This document shows, one piece after another, positions 54,740-62,742 of a stretch of DNA of 64,000 bases. The notes beneath the pieces were generated by a model. That model worked only from the letters and a program-made list of their open reading frames with translations. It ran no database searches and was not told where the DNA came from. The stretch spans positions 32,001 to 96,000 of the IMG/VR virus record IMGVR_UViG_3300047160_036266. One strand, written 5' to 3'. Origin of the DNA: a virus. Its lineage: Duplodnaviria; Caudoviricetes. The first letter of the stretch is position 1; every line of letters begins with the position of its first letter. The position numbers and the translations under genes are program-made.

Positions 54740-55293
54740 GCGACTTCTTCTTGGACTGGCACCTGGATGACTCCAACCCGCAGGTAGTCTATATCATGCG
54801 GGGCGTTCCGGGGTCCGGGAAGTCCTTCGAGGCGTTGTTGCTGGCCGCTGCGGAACAGATTTTCTCGTCGGATGGCTTCTTCGGTACGACTAAGGAGGAA
54901 TATATCGCCAACTGGAAAGCAGAGAAGCTGGGGGCGGCGCACAACTTCTGCCAGAAGAACGTGCGCATGGCGATGCAGCGCCGCCTGACGCCTATTGTCG
55001 TGGACAACACCAACGTGGTGTGCCGGGACATCATGCCTTATATCGAGATGGCTTTGCGCTACGGCTACCGGGCCGAACTCAAGGAGCCAAGCTCGGAGTG
55101 GTGGCAAACGCTGGTGGTGCCGTACCTGGGCAAGTTCGTCGCTTACCCGGATGAACTGGAGGTTGCGGCCAAGACCCTGTTTGAGAAGTGCCAGCACGGG
55201 GTTCCCTTGGTTACGATCCGCAAGATGCTGATTCGCTGGCACGTCAACGTCTCGGCGGCGGACATGATGAAGTCGATCTTGAGGAGGAAGTGA
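54736..55293 (+). CDS. P-loop kinase (AAA_33 / polynucleotide kinase-like)
   Basis: IMRGVPGSGKS, IVVDNTN, HGVP. Confidence 0.8.
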   Translation: MSDFFLDWHLDDSNPQVVYIMRGVPGSGKSFEALLLAAAEQIFSSDGFFGTTKEEYIANWKAEKLGAAHNFCQKNVRMAMQRRLTPIVVDNTNVVCRDIMPYIEMALRYGYRAELKEPSSEWWQTLVVPYLGKFVAYPDELEVAAKTLFEKCQHGVPLVTIRKMLIRWHVNVSAADMMKSILRRK

Positions 55294-55991
55294 TGAAGGT
55301 CGTGGCTATTTCGGATCAGCACGGATATTTGCCGGATATTCCGGCCTGCGATCTTCTATTGATCGCCGGGGATATTTGCCCGACCGTCAATCATCGGCCT
55401 GATTTTCAGGAGCATTGGCTCAACACCGACTTCCGCTACTGGCTCAAGAAGGTGCCGGCCCGCAAGATCGTGGGGGTGGCGGGCAACCACGATTTGATTT
55501 TTCAAAATGCGCCACATCGGGTGCCGACGCTTCCCTGGACCTACCTTCAGGACGCCGGCACCGAGTTTGAAGGCTTCAAGATTTGGGGCACGCCCTGGCA
55601 GCTTTACTTCTTCGATTGGGCCTTCAACCTCTATGAACCCGATCTGCTCAAAAAGTGGGCGCTCATTCCCAGCGACACCAACATCCTCGTTGCCCATAGT
55701 CCTGCTCGTGGCTACGGGGATGACGCCCCACGGGGCCGGGATACGGAGAAGGTCGGATCGCCCGGTTTGCTGGCGAAGATCACGGAAATCAAGCCCAAGC
55801 TGATGGTTTTTGGCCACATCCATGAAGGCCGTGGCCAATGGCAGTTGAATGACACCATACTGGCCAACGTCACCGTGGTGGACGGCAAATATCGCCTCGT
55901 TTACCCTCCGATGGTCTTTGAACTCACGGGGAAGACCGATGACGGGCATCGAGATGCTGACCGAGTGGATTCGGCGGGTGGGCAATCGTAA
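55293..55991 (+). CDS. Metallophosphoesterase
   Basis: AISDQHG, IAGD, AGNHD, VAHSP, FGHIHE. Confidence 0.9.
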   Translation: MKVVAISDQHGYLPDIPACDLLLIAGDICPTVNHRPDFQEHWLNTDFRYWLKKVPARKIVGVAGNHDLIFQNAPHRVPTLPWTYLQDAGTEFEGFKIWGTPWQLYFFDWAFNLYEPDLLKKWALIPSDTNILVAHSPARGYGDDAPRGRDTEKVGSPGLLAKITEIKPKLMVFGHIHEGRGQWQLNDTILANVTVVDGKYRLVYPPMVFELTGKTDDGHRDADRVDSAGGQS

Positions 55992-56274
55992 GTACATGAC
56001 CAATGAGTGGCTGATGGCGGACGACATGAAGGTGTACGTCCGTAGGGGATACCACGTTTGCGGTTTTTGCCTCGACGTAGCTTCGGTGGAAGTTTATGAT
56101 AAGGGTCAAGGCACGTTCACGCGCTTTCTCGAAGTCGCCCACGCCCTGAACCCGTGGGATGCCACGTTTGTCGAGTGTGTGCATAACGAGCGCCTGGCTG
56201 CTTTCCTGGTTCGCAAAGGCTTTGCACGGGATACAGCCGACCCGCAGAGTTTTTACCTCAAGAAAGGATCGTGA
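55939..56274 (+). CDS. GNAT-like small protein (putative)
   Basis: VASVEV..KGQGTFTRFL..N.RL..FL.RKGF. Confidence 0.45.
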   Translation: MTGIEMLTEWIRRVGNRKYMTNEWLMADDMKVYVRRGYHVCGFCLDVASVEVYDKGQGTFTRFLEVAHALNPWDATFVECVHNERLAAFLVRKGFARDTADPQSFYLKKGS

Positions 56275-56480
56275 TGAGCGTCCGCATTCAACTTCGCCAG
56301 GGGGAACACGTCCAGGCAGCGATCCGCCGGTTCAAGAAGATCATCGAGCGCAGCGGCTTGATGCGTGAGGTTCGCCGCCGGGAACACTACCAGAAACCGT
56401 CGCTCCTGCGGCGGATAGCGAAGGCCCGCAAGAAGAAGGCCGCTCAGCGCAAGGAAAGCGAAAATGGACAACGACAATAA
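56274..56480 (+). CDS. rpsU: Ribosomal protein bS21
   Basis: VRIQLRQGEHVQAAIRRFKK..ERSGLMREVRRREHYQKPS. Confidence 0.9.
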   Translation: MSVRIQLRQGEHVQAAIRRFKKIIERSGLMREVRRREHYQKPSLLRRIAKARKKKAAQRKESENGQRQ

Positions 56481-57078
56481 GAAGAACGCCCACGGCGGTT
56501 ATATGAAGATCGCTACCCTGGGGGACTATCTCGAACACGAGCGAATCAGTCGGGAATGGGTGCTGAAAAACCGCCCGGTTGAGGAACATGCCTCACACCA
56601 ACGCCGATGGGCAGAGGCCGAAGAACGCCGGGCTGGGATACTGGCACGGTTTCCGTTCAATGTGGTCTGCGAAGGTTCTTATCCAGAACATGATGTTGCC
56701 CACCGCTGGTGCTGGCAACAGTTCGGCCCGGTCCAGACCAACAAGTGCTACGACCATTACTCCGAGTACCCGGCTTGCCCCTTGGTCTTGGAAACCAGGG
56801 AATTAGCGTCGGGTAGCAACAAGGACGGTTCTCAATGGGCTGAATGGCGATATAAAGACCCCGGCGAGCATCGGCATGAGGGTGTGTGGACCACCTTCTG
56901 GCACGGCAAGACGGGTTACGACTACGGATTCTCGGAATACTGTTTCCAGAGTGAAGCTGACCGGGATCGCTTCAAGGAAATAGCGGAGAAGCTGGGTCTG
57001 GGTGAACTTTACGAAGACGACATGACCAAACCGGGGTGCGATCCTAATGGGATTCCGGGGGATGGTAAGGCCATCTGA
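56464..57078 (+). CDS. Hypothetical protein
   Basis: ORF in operon. Confidence 0.6.
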   Translation: MDNDNKKNAHGGYMKIATLGDYLEHERISREWVLKNRPVEEHASHQRRWAEAEERRAGILARFPFNVVCEGSYPEHDVAHRWCWQQFGPVQTNKCYDHYSEYPACPLVLETRELASGSNKDGSQWAEWRYKDPGEHRHEGVWTTFWHGKTGYDYGFSEYCFQSEADRDRFKEIAEKLGLGELYEDDMTKPGCDPNGIPGDGKAI

Positions 57079-57364
57079 TCTGATCGACGCCATCGGCGGC
57101 AGGTATTACGTCTTGCTCAACTGCGAGTTGATGCACCGGGCGGATTTCGACCTGGGTTGCACCGACGAAGAGGATAACGAGATCGCCAGTTGGGATGAGG
57201 CCGAAGACGCTCTGGATGAAGCTAGGTGGTATCGGCGGTCAATGAAAGCGTTGGGCGTTTTTGTGGAACCACGGGTGTTCCTCAAGGATGAGAAGGGGCG
57301 GATTTACGAAGTCTTCTACAACGACTACGGCGAGGTTTACTACTGCCCGGAAAGGTGCTTCTGA
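57062..57364 (+). CDS. Hypothetical protein
   Basis: ORF in operon. Confidence 0.55.
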   Translation: MVRPSDLIDAIGGRYYVLLNCELMHRADFDLGCTDEEDNEIASWDEAEDALDEARWYRRSMKALGVFVEPRVFLKDEKGRIYEVFYNDYGEVYYCPERCF

Positions 57365-57588
57365 TGCTTCCTCTAGGCAACATCATCCGCAAGTTCAACT
57401 TCGCCGCCCGCAAGTTGGAAATTACCACTGACTTTACGGCACCCCTAGACGACCTGACCCTCCACACCTTCCGGTGCAGCGAGGTTTACAACGTCGAGTA
57501 TCTGGGGTCTAATATCTGGGGGCTGCCGGACCTGGGGCGAACGGTTCACCTGACGGACTGGCAGCTTTTGAGTGTGGAGCCACGTTGA
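57355..57588 (+). CDS. Hypothetical protein
   Basis: ORF in operon. Confidence 0.5.
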   Translation: MLLMLPLGNIIRKFNFAARKLEITTDFTAPLDDLTLHTFRCSEVYNVEYLGSNIWGLPDLGRTVHLTDWQLLSVEPR

Positions 57589-58001
57589 TGGACGAAGAAC
57601 GAGGTATGCTGGCGTTGGGCAAGAACGGGGATTGGGAAATGAACCTCGATGAAGCGGGGAACTTCCTGGCCCTCACCATCGAATACTCACCGCACAATGA
57701 ACAGGGGGAGGTCGATTCGCAATGGTATTGGGACATCCTGGTACACAGCGAGGACTCGCTGACCCGTCTCATGAAGATGGTCAACAGCCCGGTGGAGGAA
57801 CGGCCCGCTCACGCCATGATGGCTTTCGGCGTGTTCAACGGCATGGCGGTGGAGTTCGTGTGGGATGACGAGTTCGAGGACCGCATCTTTCTCAAGGCCA
57901 TTGGGGGAGTCAATGGCACCTTCATCTGGACCGTGGCGGGCCAGGCGCTCAAGGATTTCGCCGCCTGCCTCAAGGACTTAATCGAGGACTTGAACAAGTG
58001 A
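57585..58001 (+). CDS. Hypothetical protein
   Basis: ORF in operon. Confidence 0.55.
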   Translation: MMDEERGMLALGKNGDWEMNLDEAGNFLALTIEYSPHNEQGEVDSQWYWDILVHSEDSLTRLMKMVNSPVEERPAHAMMAFGVFNGMAVEFVWDDEFEDRIFLKAIGGVNGTFIWTVAGQALKDFAACLKDLIEDLNK

Positions 58002-58414
58002 AACCGAAAGAGATTTTTGAAAAGCTCAAGACCCTCAACATCCGCATCTTTGCGCTGCGGCTGGGAGGGCACCGCCGGGAAACGATGCTCTATATCCACC
58101 CCGATAAAAGCACGGCGCAGTGGCGGAAAGACCTGGGTGATTTCCGTGACCACAGCGAGCGCGAAACCAGCGATTGGGCGGATGATCGGGTCTGGAACGA
58201 TCTGACCAGCTACCTGACCGGCCTGGGCTATTGCCAGGTGGAGGATGTGGCGGCAGACGTGTTCGAGGGTCGTATTGCAGCGACCGTTGCCAAGCTCGTG
58301 GATGATCCTGACCACGAGGAGCAGGAGGACGGCTTTGGTCACTTCGGCTGGGAGAGCAAGCCATGCAAAATGAAAGAAAGCCCTTCGGGGAGCGAACAGG
58401 CGAGGACTATCTGA
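57998..58414 (+). CDS. Hypothetical protein
   Basis: ORF in operon. Confidence 0.55.
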   Translation: MKPKEIFEKLKTLNIRIFALRLGGHRRETMLYIHPDKSTAQWRKDLGDFRDHSERETSDWADDRVWNDLTSYLTGLGYCQVEDVAADVFEGRIAATVAKLVDDPDHEEQEDGFGHFGWESKPCKMKESPSGSEQARTI

Positions 58415-58743
58415 ACGCCGCCAATGAGTCGATGGAACTGGCTCACGTTCTGGCGGGGCAGGGGCGCATCAGCGACCAGGACTTCCTCGAAAAAATGGCC
58501 CGTAGCGATAGCTTGGTGGACCATAGTGGGGAGACGTGCGGCATGTGCTTCAACATGATCGTGGGCGCTCAGGTGGCCCGTGAGATGTTGGAGGCGGGCG
58601 AATATGAGAATGTGGTCAACAAGTGGGCAACGGAAGCCCGCCGCCGCTGGGAGGAGGGCAAGTTCTTCAAACTGTGGCAGGAGGAAACAAAGGCCGGACG
58701 TGACCCACACAAGGCGTTCAAGGAACGGGGCTGGGAACCATGA
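58363..58743 (+). CDS. Hypothetical protein
   Basis: ORF in operon. Confidence 0.55.
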   Translation: MQNERKPFGERTGEDYLNAANESMELAHVLAGQGRISDQDFLEKMARSDSLVDHSGETCGMCFNMIVGAQVAREMLEAGEYENVVNKWATEARRRWEEGKFFKLWQEETKAGRDPHKAFKERGWEP

Positions 58744-59231
58744 AAGACATCTTCAAGCTGGGTGAAACGCACGTCGCCGTTATACCCACGATCATCAAAG
58801 AAATCGAGGACATGGAGAAGGTCGCCGCCGAGATGAAGGAGTTCGCCCGGAACAACCCCCACGATTACAAGGCGACCACGGCGGCGGTGATGAAAGCACC
58901 CCACCTGGAGGCCGAGAAGGACGCCACCGGACTGCTGCATGTGCGGGGCTATGACGACATCATCCAGAAATATAACCGCTTCATCATGTTCAACGGCTGG
59001 CTGTACCCCTTCCAGTTGACCTGGGTGCGCAACGCCACCCCCGAAGGCGTGATCGAGCAGTTGACCATTCTGGACTACGGACATAATCCGTTGGAATCGG
59101 AAATGATCCGCTGTATGGCGTCGTTTTTCTGGGATTTCGACAACAAGCCGGAGTGGCTGGCGGTGCAGCAGATTCTCGGCACCCCGCCCTACGCCGCTGT
59201 CCTTGCCCGTCTGGTGCCGCATGACGCCTAA
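58740..59231 (+). CDS. Hypothetical protein
   Basis: ORF in operon. Confidence 0.55.
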   Translation: MKDIFKLGETHVAVIPTIIKEIEDMEKVAAEMKEFARNNPHDYKATTAAVMKAPHLEAEKDATGLLHVRGYDDIIQKYNRFIMFNGWLYPFQLTWVRNATPEGVIEQLTILDYGHNPLESEMIRCMASFFWDFDNKPEWLAVQQILGTPPYAAVLARLVPHDA

Positions 59232-59604
59232 AGAAGCAATGGCACGCATCGAGAGCCTAGAGTTCTCGGTCGAGTTCAACGTGTGCAGCGGCCTGGAACA
59301 TTTATTGCGCTGCATCGAGGAAGATGAAGCCTTCAAGGTACTAGATACCCTGGAGCCGACCGGCAACCCCACGACCAGCGAGGGTGAACCGACCAAGAAG
59401 GCGACTCTGCACGAGCGCATTCTGGCACTGGTGTGTGAGCCGGCGGACCAGCAGTACGAACACCCCCGTGACATGGCCGTGGCGGCTTATTTGTGGTTGC
59501 TGCGGGATGCCCCGTTCTGGCGGGAAAATTCAGCCAGGTTGGTTTGGGTCAATCCGTTGAACGCCCATTGGTTCTGGGCAAGGAGGGTGGCTGAAAAGTT
59601 ATAG
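59221..59604 (+). CDS. Hypothetical protein
   Basis: ORF in operon. Confidence 0.55.
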   Translation: MTPKEAMARIESLEFSVEFNVCSGLEHLLRCIEEDEAFKVLDTLEPTGNPTTSEGEPTKKATLHERILALVCEPADQQYEHPRDMAVAAYLWLLRDAPFWRENSARLVWVNPLNAHWFWARRVAEKL

Positions 59605-59697
59605 GAGTTGACATGGAAGTTTTGGGAGTATTATTCATTCTGCTCATTGTGTGGTGGTTGTGGTGGATATTTCACCAGGATAGTGAGGACGATTAAC

Positions 59698-60206
59698 ATG
59701 GATGAGAAATTTACGTTTTTCTGGGGCGAGGCCCCATTTTCGCAGTGGTCGCCGTCCATATTTGAAGTTGGCGGCATCGAGTACACGCACGCCGAACAGT
59801 ATATGATGGCCGAGAAAGCCCGCCTGTTTGGCGATACCAAGACACTTCAGAAGATCATGAAAGCCGACCACCCGTGGATCAAAAGGCGCTGGGACGGGAC
59901 GTATCCCAATATGACGAGGCGACCTGGGTTGCCGCCCGCCGCAGCGTGGTCTACCGGGGCAATCTCGCCAAGTTCCAGCAGAATCCCGCCATGCGTGATA
60001 AACTCTTTGCCACGCAGGGCACTACACTGGTAGAAGCCAGCCCGAAAGATCGCATCTGGGGTATCGGCCTGGACCGTAAAGACCCCCGTGCGCAGAGGCG
60101 GGAAACGTGGCTGGGCAAGAACCTTCTGGGTGAAGTGTTGACCGAGTTGCGCGACAACCTGCTCCAACAAAAGGAAGAGGGATTGCGCAAAAAGAAAGCG
60201 ACCTGA
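59698..60206 (+). pseudogene. NADAR (YbiA-like) hydrolase split by a 1-nt frameshift near 59873
   Basis: FFW..PFSQW..AEQYMMAEKARLFGD..HP in one frame; DQKALGR..KFQQN..LVEASPKDRIWGIG..G.NLLG in the next. Confidence 0.75.
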
Positions 60207-60208
60207 GC

Positions 60209-60499
60209 ATGGTGCGAATCGTTCAGTGTTTGTGCCCGTCCCGGCACTGCATCTTCGCCATCTCCTACCTCCATCCCGACCTGAGCGACGAGGACGCCCT
60301 CCGGGCTGCGCAAGCCATGTGGGAGGAAATGTTGACCCAGGGCGTCAACCCCTGGTGCGCTTTGTGCAACAGTCGAACCCTGACCTTTGAGGCCGGCGAA
60401 ACCCGCTTCAAGACCATGAAAGAAGCGTACCCGCATCTGAAGGAGATGGAGCTTCGCCAGATCATGACCCAGCTTCACCTACTCTCGGAGCGCAACTGA
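60209..60499 (+). CDS. Hypothetical Cys-containing protein
   Basis: ORF in operon. Confidence 0.55.
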   Translation: MVRIVQCLCPSRHCIFAISYLHPDLSDEDALRAAQAMWEEMLTQGVNPWCALCNSRTLTFEAGETRFKTMKEAYPHLKEMELRQIMTQLHLLSERN

Positions 60500-60729
60500 T
60501 GTTTGAAAAAGAACTATCGGAGGCCACACTGGAGCAGTGCGAGCCGCTAACCGTTATCTTTGCCGAGTACATCCCGGTGGCCGAGATCGAGGATCATGTG
60601 AACGCCCTGAAGCGGTTCTACGCCAGTCTGGGCGGCAAGGTGGAGGACGTTCGTATTTCAATTACGAAGTTACCGGACGGGAGGAACCGGCTGGACTTCA
60701 TTCCCAAGGTGCAACATGGATCATCGTGA
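60499..60729 (+). CDS. Hypothetical protein
   Basis: ORF in operon. Confidence 0.5.
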   Translation: MFEKELSEATLEQCEPLTVIFAEYIPVAEIEDHVNALKRFYASLGGKVEDVRISITKLPDGRNRLDFIPKVQHGSS

Positions 60730-61912
60730 AATCGGGCGGCGACTGGACCTCTTCATGCAGCACGAGCTTGCGCCCGGCTGTCCCATCTGGCTGCCCAACG
60801 GCACCATCCTCTACAACCTCCTGGCCGACCGCATCCGCAAATATAATGCCCAGCACGGCTACCATGAGGTTCGCACGCCGGTCCTGTGGAACCACGAGCT
60901 TTACAAGCTGTCGGGCCATTGGGATCACTACCAGGACTTCATGTTCGGGGTCCACGGGCGCGAGGAAGACAAGCTCTACAGCCTCAAACCGATGAACTGC
61001 CCTGGGCATATGCTCATATACAAGAGCAAGCAGTGGTCCTATCAGGACTTGCCCTACCGGCTCCATGACCAGGGCGTTCTGCACCGGGATGAAACGTCCG
61101 GCGCGATTGGCGGTCTGACCCGCTGCCGGGGGTTCTGCCAGGATGATGGCCACGTCTTCCTGCGGCCCGACCAGATTATGGATGAAGTTCGGGACATGGT
61201 GAAGATGGTGGATAACATCTACACCAACCAGTTTGAAATGCGCGACCTGCGCATGGTCCTTTCCACCCGCCCGGACAAGTTCATGGGCGACTCCGGGGAA
61301 TGGGACCATGCCGAGGCACAACTGAAGCTTGCCCTGCGCGACCACAACTTTACCATCGAAAACGGCGGCGGGGCGTTCTACGGCCCCAAGGTGGACTTCT
61401 TCGTGAAGGACTCCCAGGCCAAGGAGTGGCAGACGGCGACGATCCAACTGGACTTCCAGTTGCCCCAGCGGTTTCAGTTGGAATATACGGACCAGGACGG
61501 CGTGCGCAAGACCCCCGTGGTCATTCACCGGGCCTATTACGGCAGTTTTGAGCGGTTTATCGCCATCGTGCTGGAGCATTACCAGGAGAAACTGCCCTTC
61601 TGGCTGTGTCCGGTGCAGGCGATCTTCCTGCCCATTACCGACCGGCACATCGACTACTGCCGGGTTATGCAGAAGCATTTCGCCGGTGTCCTTCCGGTGC
61701 GCACCGAGGTCGATGAGTCCAACAATCGCATCAGCGCCAAGGTGCTGCACGCCACGGAGCGTATGATCCCCTATATGCTGGTGGTGGGGGATACCGAAGT
61801 CACCAACGACACCCTGAACGTGCGCCATCTCTACGACAAGACCTGGGAAGGCGAAAAGTCGTGGCGCTTGGTGGTGGATCGCTTTTTCGCCCTGGAAAAG
61901 CCGTCGTTTTGA
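60716..61912 (+). CDS. thrS: Threonyl-tRNA synthetase lacking N-terminal TGS/editing domains
   Basis: Starts at DHREIG..LDLF; SGHW, LKPMNCP, HRDE..G...GLTRCRGF.QDD, AFYGPK, TIQLDF, IHRA..GSFERF. Confidence 0.95.
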   Translation: MDHREIGRRLDLFMQHELAPGCPIWLPNGTILYNLLADRIRKYNAQHGYHEVRTPVLWNHELYKLSGHWDHYQDFMFGVHGREEDKLYSLKPMNCPGHMLIYKSKQWSYQDLPYRLHDQGVLHRDETSGAIGGLTRCRGFCQDDGHVFLRPDQIMDEVRDMVKMVDNIYTNQFEMRDLRMVLSTRPDKFMGDSGEWDHAEAQLKLALRDHNFTIENGGGAFYGPKVDFFVKDSQAKEWQTATIQLDFQLPQRFQLEYTDQDGVRKTPVVIHRAYYGSFERFIAIVLEHYQEKLPFWLCPVQAIFLPITDRHIDYCRVMQKHFAGVLPVRTEVDESNNRISAKVLHATERMIPYMLVVGDTEVTNDTLNVRHLYDKTWEGEKSWRLVVDRFFALEKPSF

Positions 61913-61913
61913 G

Positions 61914-62126
61914 ATGCGGACCTATTATAAGTTCTTCCTGTTTCATTCCGCTCGCTCCCAGGAGACGATGTACTGGTATTGCGACGACAAACGCTTCAAA
62001 AACAAGGACGAAATAGTGGCAGAGTGTGTCCGTCAGGGCTATCTCTGCCCTGTTTTTGCGCCGTGCGTCACCGCTGTCTGGGAAGTGAGCCAGGCCGAGT
62101 ATCTGGAGACGATGTATGAGGACTAA
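61914..62126 (+). CDS. Hypothetical protein
   Basis: ORF track. Confidence 0.45.
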   Translation: MRTYYKFFLFHSARSQETMYWYCDDKRFKNKDEIVAECVRQGYLCPVFAPCVTAVWEVSQAEYLETMYED

Positions 62127-62395
62127 TACATCAGCGTCATGAATGACACCAGCAGTATTAGTCCAAATATCGCCACCAGCGTCCACCAGCCAATAAACCA
62201 CCATAAGGGCAGAGTTATCAGCCCGATGATGAGGAGCCAGCCGGAGAAGATGCGGAGCATGTTGTAGGCCACCATGTCCAAGTTGGGAGATCGGATCAGG
62301 TTGAGCCAGAGAACGATGAGCCAGTGGAACAGACCGCCGGCTATCCAGGCGATGCTGCCCAGGGGGCCGTCAACGGGATCGAAGAGGTTTTGCAT
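62123..62395 (-). CDS. Small membrane protein
   Basis: Three hydrophobic segments; GGAG RBS. Confidence 0.55.
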   Translation of the reverse strand: MQNLFDPVDGPLGSIAWIAGGLFHWLIVLWLNLIRSPNLDMVAYNMLRIFSGWLLIIGLITLPLWWFIGWWTLVAIFGLILLVSFMTLMY

Positions 62396-62462
62396 GATTT
62401 TCTCCTGTAGTTAGTACGTTGAGGCGTTACGCCTCCTACTACTTATACGAGTGAGCCGTTGC

Positions 62463-62735
62463 ATGATGACCAAGAAAGCTGCCCGGCGCTGGAAGGCTCA
62501 GGTGGACCGTGGGGAACGCCCGCCCATCCCTCGCAACGTGGCCTGGCTCTTTGGCAGGCCCGCTCTTGAAATAAAGGACGACATCGCCCACGCCATTCGC
62601 TGGGATTACGGCAAGGGACCGAAGGCTTTTGCCGAACGCCTGGTCCTCATGGGCTTGCTGGACAAGGACTTCAATTTCACGGACTTGGGCCGGGAATATC
62701 TGGAGCGGGGGCAAAAACAGGACGCCCCTTTATAA
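62463..62735 (+). CDS. Hypothetical protein
   Basis: ORF track. Confidence 0.5.
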   Translation: MMTKKAARRWKAQVDRGERPPIPRNVAWLFGRPALEIKDDIAHAIRWDYGKGPKAFAERLVLMGLLDKDFNFTDLGREYLERGQKQDAPL

Positions 62736-62738
62736 ATA
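62731..62738 (+). promoter_or_regulatory. T4-type late promoter TATAAATA, 4 nt before ATG
   Basis: Exact motif. Confidence 0.6.
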
Positions 62739-62742
62739 GGTT

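Noticed and set aside
56427-56448. Half-unit match cgca-aga-N7-cgct in rpsU
   Set aside because: It lies inside coding sequence (ARKKKAAQ) with no partner half or stems; chance match.
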